Of a DNA stretch of 24,000 nucleotides, positions 8,127-14,683 are shown one piece after another. Both the position numbers and the translations under genes were made by a program. The notes beneath the pieces are model-generated. The model made no database searches and was not told the DNA's origin. It saw only the letters and a list, made by a program, of their open reading frames with translations. Source of the DNA: Spirochaetia bacterium (GTDB taxonomy: Bacteria > Spirochaetota > Spirochaetia > CAKZLE01); the NCBI GenBank assembly GCA_963677595.1, contig OY782041.1:1960951-1984950 (forward strand), written 5' to 3'. The first letter of the stretch is position 1; each line of letters opens with the position of its first letter.

Positions 8127-9038
8127 ATGAGAGAGATAGCGATCAAGGCAGGGTATACCCTGATCTCCCTGTTCGTCATCACCAATTACGGCCTGCTCCT
8201 CATGGGGACGATGGCCAGGGTGCGCGCGAAGGTACAGGGTCGTATAGGACAGCCGGTGTGGCAGCCCTATATCGACATCATCAAGAACAATACGCGGAGG
8301 ACTGCGGTCTTCCACGGGGTCATGTTCTACCTCGGGCCGGTCTTCAGGCTGGCAGGGGGACTCGGGACCTACCTGTTCATCCCGGCAGTCTACGGCTCGC
8401 TGGTCTTCGCGAACTTCTCGTTCTCCGGGGACCTCCTGCTCGTCATGTACTTCATCTTCTTCGGGCAGCTGGGAATGGCCTTGGGTGCCGGGCAGAGCGG
8501 GCACCCCTACAGCCCGATCGGGGTAGCGAGAGGCCTGGCCCAGATGACAGCCTTCGAGGTACCGTTCGCGCTGGCGGTCATATCGATCGCGGCACAGTAC
8601 CAGACGCTCTCCATCACCGAGATCGTCGCCGTACAGCAGGGAGGCATCCTCAACTGGATAGCCTTCACCAACCCGCTGGCAATGGTGGCAGGGATGATCT
8701 CCTTCCTCGGGATGACGATGGGGAATCCGTTCAGTGTCGTCATCGCACCACAGGAGATACCGATCGGGCCGCCTACCGAGATGAACGCCGGCTTCCTCGG
8801 GATGCTTCAGACGAACCGTGCGATCTTCCAGGGCGCCAAGCTGGTGCTCTTCATGAACCTCTTCTTCGGAGGGGCGACGAACATACCGGTGATGGTCGTG
8901 AAGACCTTCCTGATCTACTTCTATACCGTGTTCGTCGGGGCTTCCTTCCCGAGGTTCAGGGTCGACCAGTCGATCAAGTTCTTCTTAGGGATACCGACAC
9001 TGATCGGTATCGCGGCAGTCGTGCTGCAGATGATCTAG
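8127..9038 (+). CDS. NuoH/ND1-like membrane subunit (MbxM/MbhM, HycD, CooK family)
   Basis: RVRAKVQGRIGQPVWQPYIDIIK matches the ER+..+Q.R.GP...QP.AD..K signature. About 8 TM helices. The ATG abuts the upstream TAG, with GGAGGGG at 8112-8118. Confidence 0.85.
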   Translation: MREIAIKAGYTLISLFVITNYGLLLMGTMARVRAKVQGRIGQPVWQPYIDIIKNNTRRTAVFHGVMFYLGPVFRLAGGLGTYLFIPAVYGSLVFANFSFSGDLLLVMYFIFFGQLGMALGAGQSGHPYSPIGVARGLAQMTAFEVPFALAVISIAAQYQTLSITEIVAVQQGGILNWIAFTNPLAMVAGMISFLGMTMGNPFSVVIAPQEIPIGPPTEMNAGFLGMLQTNRAIFQGAKLVLFMNLFFGGATNIPVMVVKTFLIYFYTVFVGASFPRFRVDQSIKFFLGIPTLIGIAAVVLQMI

Positions 9039-9052
9039 TCAGAGGGGTTAAG

Positions 9053-9709
9053 ATGAAAGATACAGATGATAAACAGGACCAGCTCGAGGAGATTGCCAAG
9101 GAGCTGAGACTGGCAAACAGCGGGCTCCCGGAGGATGAGAGAGCGTACTTCTGCGATGCGAGGCCCGAGAAGATCGATCCCTACCGGGGGATCCTCGAGA
9201 AGTTCGCCAACTGGGCGAGATCGGAATCATTGTGGATCCTCGGGTTCGGCACCGGTTGCGGGGCCATCGAGCTCAGGCCGCTGATGACCGCCCGCTATGA
9301 CATGTACCGATACGGGATCCAGCCGAGGCCGACACCGCGCCAGGCCGGGGTCTTCGTGATCGGCGGCTATGCCTCGGTGAAGACGATGAAGCGGATCGTG
9401 CGCAGCTATGAGCAGATGCAGGGACCGAAGTTCGTCCTTGGGCTCGGCAGCTGCACGATCAACGGCGGTATGTACTGGGACAGTTACAACACCGTCAACC
9501 GGCTCGACCACTATATCCCGGTGGATGTCTATATCGCCGGATGCATGCCGAGGCCTGAGGCCCTGCTCGCAGGTTTCCTCAAGCTCAAGAAGATGATCAA
9601 GTCCGGGCAGTGCGACGGCATGAACACGTATGCCGAGAATTTCGACTGGTACAAGCAGAACCAGAAACAGATCATCAAGCATTGGGAAATGCCTGATTAC
9701 AACTGGTAG
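9053..9709 (+). CDS. NuoB / hydrogenase-small-subunit-like Fe-S subunit (MbxJ-like) with only 3 of the 4 canonical cluster cysteines evident
   Basis: The real start is the ATG at 9053 (in frame with track ORF 8258..9709), preceded by GAGGGG (9042-9047). SLWILGFGTGCGAIE aligns to NuoB SLW...GLACCAIE. Also GLGSCTINGGMY (cf. GACA..GG) and VDVYIAGCMPRPEALL (cf. PGCPPRPEAL). Confidence 0.85.
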   Translation: MKDTDDKQDQLEEIAKELRLANSGLPEDERAYFCDARPEKIDPYRGILEKFANWARSESLWILGFGTGCGAIELRPLMTARYDMYRYGIQPRPTPRQAGVFVIGGYASVKTMKRIVRSYEQMQGPKFVLGLGSCTINGGMYWDSYNTVNRLDHYIPVDVYIAGCMPRPEALLAGFLKLKKMIKSGQCDGMNTYAENFDWYKQNQKQIIKHWEMPDYNW

Positions 9710-9722
9710 GAGGAGTGTGAGT

Positions 9723-10271
9723 ATGAGAGAACGATTGAGGGAAGTCTCAGGAAGATTTCCCGTGACCATACGCGAAGAACTCGCTCCTGACCGGGATGAC
9801 CTGCTCTTCGTCGAGACCGGGACCGAATATGCGGTCTCCTTCATCACCTGGCTGCAGGAACTCGAGGGGTATACCCACCTCGTCTTCTTCACGGCAGTCG
9901 ATTACATCGAGGAGGGGTACTTCCAGCTGACCTACATGCTGCAGAACTACGGGAAGAAGCATGACCTCTGCGTCCTCGTCCGCCTCGAGCGGGAGAAACC
10001 CGTCATGGAGTCGATCCACCACCTCTGGCCCCATGCTGCGACTTACCAGCAGGAGCTCTATGAGATGTACGGGATCGAGTTCCCCGGTTCACCGAGGATG
10101 TATGAGGACTTCGTCCTCGAGGGCTGGGACGACCTTCCCCCGATGCGACGGGATTTCGACACGAAAGCCTATTCAGAGGAGACCTATTTCCCGAGACCGG
10201 GAAGGAAGACACACGATACTGCTGCCTACATGAAGGAGCAGCTCTATCCCGGGGAGGCCGAGACATGGTAG
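9723..10271 (+). CDS. NuoC / 30-kDa-subunit-like protein (MbxK-like)
   Basis: The ATG at 9723 (aa 32 of track ORF 9630..10271) is preceded by GGAGGAG (9709-9715). HLVFFTAVDY...FQLTYMLQN...SIHHLWPHAATYQQELYEMYGIEFPGSP matches the NuoC pattern (.vD...f.vvY.L...S....A.W.ERE.YDM.GI.F.GHP). Confidence 0.8.
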   Translation: MRERLREVSGRFPVTIREELAPDRDDLLFVETGTEYAVSFITWLQELEGYTHLVFFTAVDYIEEGYFQLTYMLQNYGKKHDLCVLVRLEREKPVMESIHHLWPHAATYQQELYEMYGIEFPGSPRMYEDFVLEGWDDLPPMRRDFDTKAYSEETYFPRPGRKTHDTAAYMKEQLYPGEAETW

Positions 10272-11440
10272 GAGCCAAGCAGAAAGAGAGCGGGAAGTTC
10301 CCGCCTGTCGTTGACGGAAAGAGTCAGTATGACCTCTATTCAGGGAAGTACCTCAAGGTATGGCAGGGCCCGCAGCACCCCGGGATCACGGGGAACATGT
10401 CCCTCGAGCTCGTGACCTGCGGTGACCGTATCGTCGAGGCGAGGACCCATGTCGGGTACCTCCACCGGGGATTCGAGAAGCTCATGGAGCGACGGAAGTA
10501 TATCCAGTGCTTCCCCCTGGTCTGCAGGATCTGCGTGCCGGAGCCCGACTTCAACGAGTACCTCTTCGCAGAGTGTACCGAGGAGCTCGCGGGCATAGAG
10601 GTGCCCGAACGGGCGAAGTGGCTGCGTGCCATGAACCTCGAGATGGCACGGCTCACCTCGTTCCTCATGTGGCTCGGCGGACAGGCCGGGGCCTTCGGCA
10701 TGGGAACGCTCGGGCAGTGGACGGTGACGATGCGTGACTACATGCTCGACCTCTTCGAGGAGCTTACCGGTGGACGTATCTACCATATGTACATCATCCC
10801 CGGCGGGGTCCGCTCAGATGTGCCTGACGGCTATTTCGGCCGGGTCGAGGCTACCCTGCAGCAGATCGAGAAGGTCCTGAAGGACATCGAACTTGCGCTC
10901 TTCCATAACTCCGTCTTCAAGAAGCGGGCCAAAGGTCTCGGGTATATAGACCCGTCTATGGTGGAGCTCTACGGCATCACCGGCCCGAACGCCCGGGGCA
11001 GCGGTATCGCGAGGGATATCAGGAAGGATGTCGGCTACCTCGTCTATGACGAACTCGACTTCGAGCCGGTCACGGCGACTGACGGCGATGCCTATGCCAG
11101 GACCTGGGTCCGGTACCAGGAGATCCACCAGTCGATCGACCTGATCAGGCAGATGATGGCAAAGATGCCCGAAGGGCAGTTCTTCCAGAAGCTCCCCAAC
11201 GTCCTCCATTGGAAGATCCCGGCAGGCCAGACCTACCGTCGTGCGGAATGCACAAGAGGGGAGTACGGCTTCTACATGGTCTCCGACGGGTCGGAGTACC
11301 CGAGGAGGGTCGCCGTCAGGGGACCGAGCTACACCCATGCCGTCACGCTGATGGAACGGCTGGCAGTCGGGACGAACATCGCGGATACAGCAGGGTTGAT
11401 GGTATCGCTCCACACCTATCCGCCTGAGATAGAGAGGTAG
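10265..11440 (+). CDS. NuoD / group-4 hydrogenase large-subunit homologue lacking the [NiFe]-binding cysteine pairs (MbxL/Ehr-like)
   Basis: GPQHPGITGNM, GYLHRGFEKLMERRKY and IEVPERAKWLRAMNLEMARL are NuoD/large-subunit signatures. The L1 position reads VCRICVPEP (expected R.CG.C). The C-terminus reads SLHTYPPEIER (expected DPC..C..R/H). Confidence 0.85.
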   Translation: MVGAKQKESGKFPPVVDGKSQYDLYSGKYLKVWQGPQHPGITGNMSLELVTCGDRIVEARTHVGYLHRGFEKLMERRKYIQCFPLVCRICVPEPDFNEYLFAECTEELAGIEVPERAKWLRAMNLEMARLTSFLMWLGGQAGAFGMGTLGQWTVTMRDYMLDLFEELTGGRIYHMYIIPGGVRSDVPDGYFGRVEATLQQIEKVLKDIELALFHNSVFKKRAKGLGYIDPSMVELYGITGPNARGSGIARDIRKDVGYLVYDELDFEPVTATDGDAYARTWVRYQEIHQSIDLIRQMMAKMPEGQFFQKLPNVLHWKIPAGQTYRRAECTRGEYGFYMVSDGSEYPRRVAVRGPSYTHAVTLMERLAVGTNIADTAGLMVSLHTYPPEIER

Positions 11441-11443
11441 TAT

Positions 11444-13228
11444 ATGAGTCTGAAAGATATAGTTGCACCGTTCTCCGTCTGGAAGCGGGTACTGGAAAAA
11501 CCATACACAACGAAGAAGCCGATCGATGAGCGGCCGGGGGCAGCCCGGTACCGCGGGTTCCATATAAACGACGTGGACAAGTGCATCGGCTGCGGGACCT
11601 GTGAGGAGATCTGCCAGAATGCGGCGATCGACCTGGTCCCCGTATCGAAGACCAAGCACGGGGACTCCGGCCTGCGGCCGAAGATCGACTACGGCAGGTG
11701 CTGCTGGTGCGCGCTCTGCGTCGATATCTGCCCCACGGGATCGCTCGGGATGAGCAATGAGTACATCTGGGTCGAGAACGACCCGGAGGCCTACCGGTTC
11801 ATCCCCGGGCACGACGAGAAGAGCTGGAACGGCAGCGAACTCGGTTACCGCCGCGCTGAAGGCTATGACCTGCTCGAGGGCGAGCGGGTCGCCATGCCGA
11901 TGCTCCCCTTCGAGGAGAGCCAGAAGAGCTTCATCGAGATGGTCCTCGGATACTCGAAGGAACAGGCTCAGCGTGAGGCTGACCGGTGTATCGCCTGCGG
12001 CATCTGCGTCGCCACCTGCCCGGCTCACATGAACGTGCCTGACTACATCAAGGCCATACGTGACGATGACATGGAAGAGGGACTGCGGATCGTTTACCAG
12101 GCGAACCCGCTGCCTGCCTCCTGCGGGCGTGTCTGCTCCCATGCATGTGAGTATGTCTGTGCCGTGAAGCATAAGGGTGAGGCGCTCTCCATCCGCTGGC
12201 TCAAGCGGTACATCATCGACCAGATCTACAAGGACGACTATACGAAGATCCTTGACGAGATGCCGGAGGAGAACGGCAGGAAGGTCGCGATCATCGGATC
12301 GGGACCGGGGGGCTTGAGTGCCGCCTACTACCTGAGGCTCCTCGGGTACAGTGTGACGGTCTACGACGCGAACGAGAAAGCCGGTGGTATGCTTCGCTAC
12401 GGAATACCCGAGTACCGGCTTCCCTACGACCAGGTCGACAAGGATATCGTGTATCTCACGACGCTGGGCGTGAAGATCGAGCAGAATGTACGTATCGGGG
12501 TGGACAAACCCATGAAGGAGATCTATGAGCAGAACGACGCGGTCTTCTTCTCCACAGGATTGACTGACCCCTACGGTCTCGGTATTGCCGGTGAGGACCT
12601 CAAGGGTGTCCTCTCCGGTCTGGGCATGCTCGATGACGTGACGAACGGCAAGACCCCGGACATCGGGGGATCGGTGGTGGTCATCGGCGGTGGTAACGTC
12701 GCCATGGATGCTGCCAGGACGAGCCGGCGGTACAAGGCTGACGTGACCATCCTCTACCGGAGGCGCGAGGTCGATATGCCGGCCGATGTCGAGGAGATCG
12801 AGGAGTCCCAGGGAGAGGGCTGTACCCTGATCACCCAGGCGATCCCGCTGAGGATCGAGAAGGGGGACAAGACGAGGTTGAAGCTCTATTGGGGCAAGGC
12901 AGAGATGGTAGCCGACAGCAAGGGTGGCAGGCCGAGGCCGGTGCTCATCGAGGGTTCGGAAGAGCTCATCGAATGTGACACCATCATACCCGCGATCGGG
13001 CAGGCGGCAGACTACTCGTTCCTCCCTGATGATATTGCCAAGTCGGTCACCTTCACCCGGGGCTATGTCGATGTCAACGAGTTCTACCAGACGGGTGACA
13101 AGAAGATATTCGCCGGAGGTGATATCGCAAACCCGAAGCGGGATGCCATCAGCGCCATCGCCAACGGCCACTCCGCAGCGAAGGGGATCGATATCTACCT
13201 GAACGATTTCGCTGAAGGGGAAGAATAG
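11444..13228 (+). CDS. Fusion protein: NuoI/MbxN-like 2x[4Fe-4S] ferredoxin domain + GltD/NfnB/SudA-like Fe-S, FAD, NAD(P)H oxidoreductase domain (594 aa)
   Basis: The N-terminus has KPYTTKKP...RYRGFH, C47-x2-C-x2-C-x3-C57 and C86-x2-C-x2-C-x3-C96-P. The C-terminal module has C182-x2-C-x2-C-x3-C192-P, C227-x3-C231-x3-C235-x3-C239 within NPLPASCGRVCSHACEYVC, VAIIGSGPGGLSAAYYL, GGMLRYGIPEYRLP, VVVIGGGNVAMDAARTSRR, ILYRRR and IFAGGD. Confidence 0.85.
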   Translation: MSLKDIVAPFSVWKRVLEKPYTTKKPIDERPGAARYRGFHINDVDKCIGCGTCEEICQNAAIDLVPVSKTKHGDSGLRPKIDYGRCCWCALCVDICPTGSLGMSNEYIWVENDPEAYRFIPGHDEKSWNGSELGYRRAEGYDLLEGERVAMPMLPFEESQKSFIEMVLGYSKEQAQREADRCIACGICVATCPAHMNVPDYIKAIRDDDMEEGLRIVYQANPLPASCGRVCSHACEYVCAVKHKGEALSIRWLKRYIIDQIYKDDYTKILDEMPEENGRKVAIIGSGPGGLSAAYYLRLLGYSVTVYDANEKAGGMLRYGIPEYRLPYDQVDKDIVYLTTLGVKIEQNVRIGVDKPMKEIYEQNDAVFFSTGLTDPYGLGIAGEDLKGVLSGLGMLDDVTNGKTPDIGGSVVVIGGGNVAMDAARTSRRYKADVTILYRRREVDMPADVEEIEESQGEGCTLITQAIPLRIEKGDKTRLKLYWGKAEMVADSKGGRPRPVLIEGSEELIECDTIIPAIGQAADYSFLPDDIAKSVTFTRGYVDVNEFYQTGDKKIFAGGDIANPKRDAISAIANGHSAAKGIDIYLNDFAEGEE

Positions 13229-13232
13229 TACC

Positions 13233-13249
13233 AGAACCGGTTCTATAAT
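13233..13249. promoter_or_regulatory. Perfect 12-bp palindrome AGAACCGGTTCT abutting a TATAAT/TATA-like element upstream of the ArsR-family gene (candidate operator + promoter)
   Basis: AGAACC|GGTTCT spans 13233-13244 and TATAAT spans 13244-13249. This lies 50 nt upstream of the ATG at 13299, with GGTGGTGA (13283-13290) as RBS. Confidence 0.4.
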
Positions 13250-13298
13250 GCGGCATATGCTGATATACTTCCCCGGAACAAGGTGGTGAGAGAAGAAG

Positions 13299-13646
13299 AT
13301 GGATTTGTTTGAGATGCACTGTGAGGAGACTATACTGGAGTTGCGGGAACGGTTCTCAAGTTCCCGGTGTGAGCTGGTGGAGCGCATGATGTCGATCATG
13401 TCCAACCCCATCCGGTTTCACATCCTCTGTGCGCTCAACCATGAACCGTTCACCGTTTCCGAGCTGGTGGACCTCACCGACTCGCAGCCTTCGAACGTAT
13501 CACAGCAGCTGAAGATGATGACCCTCGCCGGGTACCTGGACAAGGAACGGCGGGGGAAACAGATCTACTACCGGCTCATCGAGGATAAGGTGTCACGCAT
13601 CATCAGCCTGCTCGAGGAGCTCTTCCCCTTTGACCAGCCAGAATAG
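13299..13646 (+). CDS. ArsR/SmtB-family winged-HTH transcriptional regulator
   Basis: PIRFHILCALNHEPFTVSELVDLTDSQPSNVSQQLKMMTLAGYLDKERRGKQIYYRL is the canonical ArsR HTH-wing core. There is a ~35-aa N-terminal extension. Cysteines are at aa 8, 24 and 44, with no CxxC or CVC metal motif. Confidence 0.85.
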   Translation: MDLFEMHCEETILELRERFSSSRCELVERMMSIMSNPIRFHILCALNHEPFTVSELVDLTDSQPSNVSQQLKMMTLAGYLDKERRGKQIYYRLIEDKVSRIISLLEELFPFDQPE

Positions 13647-13747
13647 CGGCTTCGCTTACCTGAAACCTCACGAACAGACGCCTCACAAAAACAGCATACG
13701 ACAGGAATACCATTGCGGAGTGGGGATTCCTGGGGTATAGTAGTAGT

Positions 13748-13766
13748 ATGATGTTACATCATGTAA
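13748..13766. promoter_or_regulatory. Two overlapping perfect palindromes in the AT-rich leader of the stressosome-type operon
   Basis: ATGATGT-T-ACATCAT spans 13748-13762 and TTACAT-C-ATGTAA spans 13754-13766, followed by a repeated TGTAA. They lie about 100 nt upstream of the ATG at 13864. Confidence 0.3.
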
Positions 13767-13863
13767 TGTAAGGTTTTCAGGCTATACACTACAGTTCTGT
13801 TCTGATCCGACTCTGCCTGATGATCTTTTCTGAGGGAATGTTCTGAAACCAGGGGGAGGAATC

Positions 13864-14673
13864 ATGGCAAAGACCTATCATGAGAAAGAGATCGATGAGA
13901 GATTGAAACTGCAGGTGCTCGATCAGATACCTACGCCTGTCATCGCGATCAATATGGAGTATGAGCTCATCTATGTGAATGATGCCGCCACGAAGCTGCG
14001 CGGCAGATCCAAGGAGAACCTCCTGGGGTATCACTGCTATGAGATGTTCGGGACACCTCACTGTAATACCCCGAGCTGCTGCATGCGCAAAGCCATGGAG
14101 ACCGGGGAGATGTTCTCCGCACGGAACGAGATCCCCCTTGATGAGGGTGGATCCATCCCCATCATGTATTATACCGTACCTCTCAAGGATGATGATGGGA
14201 ATGTCATCGGCGGGCTAGAGTATATCGTCGATATCACGGACCAGGTCTCGTATGAGGCACGCATCAAGGAACAGAGCAAACAGATGTCCAAGATGTCGAC
14301 TCCGACGATCAAGCTGTGGGAAGGGGTGCTGGTGCTGCCCGTGATCGGGGTGGTCGACTCTCTCAGAGCTCAGCTCATGATGGAGAGCATGCTCGACAAG
14401 ATCGTTGAGACTTCGGCAAAAGTCATCCTCCTCGACATCCAGGGGGTGGCTGCCGTTGATACTGCCATCGCGAACCACCTGATCAAGATCACGAAAGCCA
14501 CGAAGCTGATGGGCTGTGAATGCATCCTGTCCGGCATTTCTCCGGCGGTGGCCCAGACGATCATCCAGCTCGGTATCGACATGATAGACTCTATCAAGAC
14601 CATGTCCACGCTGAGCGATGGACTGGCCGAAGCCTTCAAGATCCTGAACATGCGGGTCGAGAAGATAGACTGA
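13864..14673 (+). CDS. RsbR-like stressosome scaffold/sensor: N-terminal Cys-rich PAS domain + C-terminal STAS domain
   Basis: The STAS core STPTIKLWEGVLVLPVIGVVDS...VILLDIQGVAAVDTAIANHLIK...LSGISPAVAQTIIQLGID aligns with B. subtilis RsbRA (..DITGVPVVDT.., ..IRPEIAQTIV..), including both phospho-Thr positions (T200, T232). The N-terminus is PAS-like (IPTPVIAINMEYELIYVNDAA...LLG). RBS GGGGGAGG lies before the ATG. Confidence 0.8.
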   Translation: MAKTYHEKEIDERLKLQVLDQIPTPVIAINMEYELIYVNDAATKLRGRSKENLLGYHCYEMFGTPHCNTPSCCMRKAMETGEMFSARNEIPLDEGGSIPIMYYTVPLKDDDGNVIGGLEYIVDITDQVSYEARIKEQSKQMSKMSTPTIKLWEGVLVLPVIGVVDSLRAQLMMESMLDKIVETSAKVILLDIQGVAAVDTAIANHLIKITKATKLMGCECILSGISPAVAQTIIQLGIDMIDSIKTMSTLSDGLAEAFKILNMRVEKID

Positions 14674-14683
14674 GCAGTTGTCT

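Noticed and set aside
7203-8504. 433-aa minus-strand ORF across the antiporter-like/NuoH-like junction
   Set aside because: It is antisense to strongly supported membrane-protein genes. Its composition is highly charged (E/D/R/P/H) and low-complexity, and it has no start context.
8258-9052. N-terminal 265-aa extension of the NuoB-like reading frame (track ORF 8258..9709)
   Set aside because: It overlaps the NuoH-like gene in another frame. The sequence is Arg/Pro/Gly-rich nonsense. The ATG at 9053, with GAGGGG upstream and sitting just after the NuoH-like stop, is the credible start.
9227-9892. 221-aa minus-strand ORF over the NuoB-/NuoC-like genes; the 208-aa minus-strand ORF at 14215..14841 over the RsbR/RsbS-like genes was rejected on the same grounds
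   Set aside because: Both are antisense shadow ORFs overlapping well-supported plus-strand genes, with no recognisable domains.
10265-11440. Calling this gene a membrane-bound [NiFe] hydrogenase large subunit (MbhL/EchE), and the operon an energy-converting hydrogenase
   Set aside because: The second L1 cysteine position is Glu and both C-terminal cysteines are absent (the C-terminus is SLHTYPPEIER). No hyp maturation genes or endopeptidase are in the window.
13233-13244. AGAACCGGTTCT as a transcription terminator hairpin for the 12-gene operon
   Set aside because: A perfect palindrome with no loop nucleotides cannot form a stable hairpin, and no T-tract follows. An operator/promoter role is more plausible.
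10814-13411. 865-aa ORF on the minus strand spanning the NuoD-like and NuoI-GltD genes
   Set aside because: This is a shadow ORF typical of high-GC coding DNA. It is Arg/Asp/Pro/His/Val-rich with no recognisable motif. It runs fully antisense to two plus-strand genes that carry unambiguous family signatures and proper RBS/start contexts.
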